This document shows positions 60,976 through 64,000 of a DNA stretch of 64,000 bases, one piece after another. The notes beneath the pieces were generated by a model. It saw nothing but the letters and a program-made list of their open reading frames with translations, was not told the DNA's origin and did no database searches. This stretch comes from Candidatus Bathyarchaeota archaeon (GTDB taxonomy: Archaea > Thermoproteota > Bathyarchaeia > Bathyarchaeales > Bathycorpusculaceae): assembly GCA_963775685.1 (NCBI GenBank), contig CAVZJV010000014.1:2336001-2400000 (forward strand), written 5' to 3'. The position numbers were made by a program, and so were the translations under genes. Numbering within the stretch: the first letter of the stretch is position 1; every line of letters starts with the position of its first letter.

Positions 60976-61563
60976 TTAACTCTTTAACACACAATCCCTG
61001 CCTAGCTGGAAGGCTTTAAGGTTCAAATTGATGTATTTTTCCTTAATCCTGCCAGCTATCGCTTGCTGGAAAGACTCCACCTTCACGGGTATCTCTGGAA
61101 GAGCCGAAAGCGCTCCTAAAAGAACAGTATTTACGACCAGTAAGTTGCCAAGTTTCTCGGCGATGCTCACGCCATCAACCTCATGGACCAAAGCCCTATC
61201 CCGAAGAATTGCCATAAGTGCCTCAACATTTTTGGGTTTACCTCTCAGACCTACGCAGCTGGGAGGAATATACTTCATATTAACTATTATTGAGCCTTTT
61301 TTCTTAATCATAGGTAATGCTCTAGCGGTTTCTAAAATCTCAAAACCTACAACTGCGTCCGCTTTTCCTGTTTCAATCAATGGTGATTCAACTTTGGGGC
61401 CGATTCTCGTGAATGCAACAATTGAGCCTCCCCGTTGAGCCATACCGTGAATCTCAGCTTTTGCAACATCAAAACCTTCAAGCATTGCCGCTTCACAATA
61501 GATGTCGCTTAAAACCACCACTCCTTGGCCCCCAACGCCACTAAAAACTATGTCAAGGGTCAT
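60976..61563 (-). CDS. iorB: Indolepyruvate:ferredoxin oxidoreductase subunit beta
   Basis: GVGGQG, EIHGMAQRGGS and NLKAFQLG motifs. Confidence 0.95.
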   Translation of the reverse strand: MTLDIVFSGVGGQGVVVLSDIYCEAAMLEGFDVAKAEIHGMAQRGGSIVAFTRIGPKVESPLIETGKADAVVGFEILETARALPMIKKKGSIIVNMKYIPPSCVGLRGKPKNVEALMAILRDRALVHEVDGVSIAEKLGNLLVVNTVLLGALSALPEIPVKVESFQQAIAGRIKEKYINLNLKAFQLGRDCVLKS

Positions 61564-63752
61564 TTCTCTTTTCTCCTTATTGCATCAAACGGGCAGACAG
61601 TTTCACAAACGCCACAGCCGTTGCAGAGGGTGGCGTCGATTTCAGCCCGTTGATTCGTTAGACTGATAGCTGGGCAACCGAAGGCTTTTACGCAGACCCC
61701 GCAGGCGTTACACTCTTCTTTGATTTCTCGGGGCTTGCCTTTCTCAACAAGAAGTGGGCATGCCCGCTGCGAAATGATGACTGATGGACCCTGGTAATCT
61801 AGTGTTTCTCTTACGGCGGCCATTGCAGCTTCAAAGTCATAAGGGTCAACTGTCACAACCTTCTCAATTCCTACTGACTTGGCGATTTCTTCGATGCTAA
61901 CTACTTTAGCTTCAGTTCCCATAGCGGTTTTTCCTGAACCCGGCGTCGGCTGATGACCCGTCATGGCAACAACACTATTATCCATTATGATTACGCATAC
62001 ATTCGCTTTGTTGTAGACTATATTTAAAAGCCCTGGCATGCCCGCGTGAAAAAAGGTTGAATCGCCGATAACGGCGAACATTTTTTCTTTAACTCCAGCA
62101 TGAATCATACCGGCTGCCTGAGAAATTCCTCCGCCCATGCAAAGACAGGTTTGCACTGTACTTACTGGAGGAAAAACACCCAACGTATAACATCCGATGT
62201 CACCGGTTACGATTTTGTCATTGGATTTTCCAGTCAAACTCAAAGCGGTCTCGGGGCAAGCTGGGATGCATTTTGGATCGCCTCCACACAGATCACATAC
62301 CATTGCTTTGTGGCTGCTGGGATGAAGGGTTATCGCACCGTACTGGCAAGCATCAATGCACCAGTCGCAGCCTTTGCATTTCTGCTCGTCAACGATGATA
62401 GCCCCAGTTTCCATGGACTGACTTATGGCTTTCTCGGGGCAAGCATTGATACATGGCGCATTCATGCATGCTTTGCAGGTAACCGCCGTGTTGAAGGTTA
62501 GGCTGATTCTAACTGAGCGAATCCGAGACTTGAGGGGATTGAAGACCCTTTCTTTCTCAAAAGAACAAGCATACTCACAGTTGTCGCAGCCTACACATTT
62601 CTCGTTATCGCAGTTTATGGATTGGTAGGTCATATTTAAGGCGTAGTAGAATGCTCGGTGAGGGCATCCGGGGCAAAGCGCTGGGGGTCTTGGAGGCAAA
62701 TCTAGAGGTTCTTGTCTTTCGGCTGGAGTTGCAAGTCCCAGTTTAGCGAAAGCTTCCCGGACACTGTCAGGCGTGAATTCACCAACTTCTTCTAAGCCTA
62801 ACTGCCTTTTCCCAATAACTTGAAGGTTTAATCGCTGAAGGTTTTCCTCTATGTAGGGTCTTAATTCCTCGATAACTATGATTTTTTTTACTTTGGAAGC
62901 AAAGGTTCTAACCATCTCCGCTGGGAACGGATAAACAAACCCCAACTTTAGCCAAGAAAATTTTGTTGGTTCCAAAACTGACCTTGCATAATAGTAGCCA
63001 ACTCCGCTCCCTACAATGCCGATTTCGCAGCCGTTATCCTCAAGAGTGTTGAAATTTGAGTTTTCCGCTAGTTTTTTCGCATCCTCCAACCTGTTTTCCA
63101 AAATTCGGTGTTGCCGTATGGCGTTAGATGGAACCATAACCCATTTTGAACTGTTCTTATCAAATTCGACTCGGCGGCTGATTTTCTGGAAATCTCCAAA
63201 TCTTACTCTAGATTTCCCATGCGCAACTCTTGTCGTTAGGCGTAAGATGACTGGGAGGTGAAGTTTCTCACTAATTTCAAAAGCACCTTTTGCCATATCG
63301 CGGGCTTCTTGGGGGTTGCCCGCATCCAGCAAAGGCAACTTTGAGTGGACGGCAAAGAAGCGTGTATCCTGTTCGTTTTGGCTACTGTGTAATGCGGGGT
63401 CGTCGCAGACAGCGATCACCATGCCTCCCTCAACTCCAGTATATGCCAAAGTCATGACGGCGTCTGCGGCAACATTTAAGCCAACATGCTTCATGGAAAC
63501 AATGGAGCGAACCCCCGTCATCGAGGCGCCCGCAGCAACCTCGGCAGCCACAATCTCATTGATGCTCCATTCAGCATAAAATCCAAAATCTTTTGCAACC
63601 TCGGCTAGTGCTTCTAAGATTTCCGTAGAAGGTGTCCCGGGGTAGGCTGTGGCAACTTTAACGGTTGCTTCCACTGCCCCGCGCGCAACTGCTTCATCAC
63701 CGTTAAGCAAGGCAAACGCGCCTGGCTTACCTGTTGCAATCTTAGAAGTCAT
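61560..63752 (-). CDS. iorA: Indolepyruvate:ferredoxin oxidoreductase subunit alpha with inserted 4x[4Fe-4S] domain
   Basis: YPGTPSTE, MKHVGLNVAAD, SSQNEQD, CPGCPHR, GDIGCY, GDSTFFH and AMTGHQ motifs, C-terminal 2[4Fe-4S], plus a 134-aa insert. Confidence 0.95.
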   Translation of the reverse strand: MTSKIATGKPGAFALLNGDEAVARGAVEATVKVATAYPGTPSTEILEALAEVAKDFGFYAEWSINEIVAAEVAAGASMTGVRSIVSMKHVGLNVAADAVMTLAYTGVEGGMVIAVCDDPALHSSQNEQDTRFFAVHSKLPLLDAGNPQEARDMAKGAFEISEKLHLPVILRLTTRVAHGKSRVRFGDFQKISRRVEFDKNSSKWVMVPSNAIRQHRILENRLEDAKKLAENSNFNTLEDNGCEIGIVGSGVGYYYARSVLEPTKFSWLKLGFVYPFPAEMVRTFASKVKKIIVIEELRPYIEENLQRLNLQVIGKRQLGLEEVGEFTPDSVREAFAKLGLATPAERQEPLDLPPRPPALCPGCPHRAFYYALNMTYQSINCDNEKCVGCDNCEYACSFEKERVFNPLKSRIRSVRISLTFNTAVTCKACMNAPCINACPEKAISQSMETGAIIVDEQKCKGCDWCIDACQYGAITLHPSSHKAMVCDLCGGDPKCIPACPETALSLTGKSNDKIVTGDIGCYTLGVFPPVSTVQTCLCMGGGISQAAGMIHAGVKEKMFAVIGDSTFFHAGMPGLLNIVYNKANVCVIIMDNSVVAMTGHQPTPGSGKTAMGTEAKVVSIEEIAKSVGIEKVVTVDPYDFEAAMAAVRETLDYQGPSVIISQRACPLLVEKGKPREIKEECNACGVCVKAFGCPAISLTNQRAEIDATLCNGCGVCETVCPFDAIRRKEK

Positions 63753-63762
63753 AGGTTTGTCC

Positions 63763-64000
63763 TTACATTTTGCCTTTCCGCAAGTCCAAAACTCTTTTTG
63801 CTTTACCTTCGGTCCTTGGAAGTTCGCCAGGCTTTACGATTTCGACCTCAGCCGATATTCCCGTTACGATGTGGATTCTTTTTTGGATGTCACTTATCAA
63901 TGCTTTTTTGTCTAGTTGCGGGTTTTTGGCGGCTTGTTCACTTAACTCAACCTTAACCAAGAATGTGTCGAGTGCGCTTGGTCTGTCAAGAGCTATAAGG
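63763..64000 (-). CDS. paaK: Phenylacetate--CoA ligase, C-terminal end (runs off the window)
   Basis: PGELPRTEGKAKRVLDLR C-terminal signature, adjacent to iorA. Confidence 0.85.
   Translation of the reverse strand, partial: LIALDRPSALDTFLVKVELSEQAAKNPQLDKKALISDIQKRIHIVTGISAEVEIVKPGELPRTEGKAKRVLDLRKGKM

Noticed and set aside
62232-62633. IorA insertion as an intein
   Set aside because: No Cys/Ser start with His-Asn end and no Hint or endonuclease motifs; it is a ferredoxin domain

Overview
Archaeal genomic window. The gene set and protein families point to Bathyarchaeia (inference). It has four blocks. (1) 1-29.5 kb is a large surface-glycan locus: GT2/GT4/GT-C-like glycosyltransferases, a DUF3131-like (alpha/alpha)6 protein, FkbM methyltransferase, O-acetyltransferase, GDP-mannose 3,5-epimerase-like enzyme, UDP-xylose synthase, GalU, UDP-glucose dehydrogenase, a frameshifted flippase and rmlACBD. 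(2) 29.5-34.3 kb is the conserved archaeal informational cluster rnp4-yhbY-rps19e-PDCD5-rpl39e-rpl31e-eif6-rpl18a-pfdA-ftsY. (3) 34.3-57.0 kb is an accessory region of small, unrelated and often broken genes ending at tRNA-Cys. It holds a collapsed phage/eCIS GpD-like gene, an eL22-like protein, Alba, a 25-aa Cys/acidic micropeptide with its own promoter and terminator, a recurring co-oriented intergenic motif, and an integrase-less ~4.3-kb island (GlpA-like operon plus RHH regulator) bounded by a degenerate copy of the tRNA-Cys 3' end. (4) 57.1-64 kb is an aryl-acid module (paaK-iorA-iorB-ABC binding protein and permeases-paaI) in which IorA carries an in-frame inserted four-[4Fe-4S] ferredoxin domain. 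All family assignments come from motif recognition by eye; no database searches were run.
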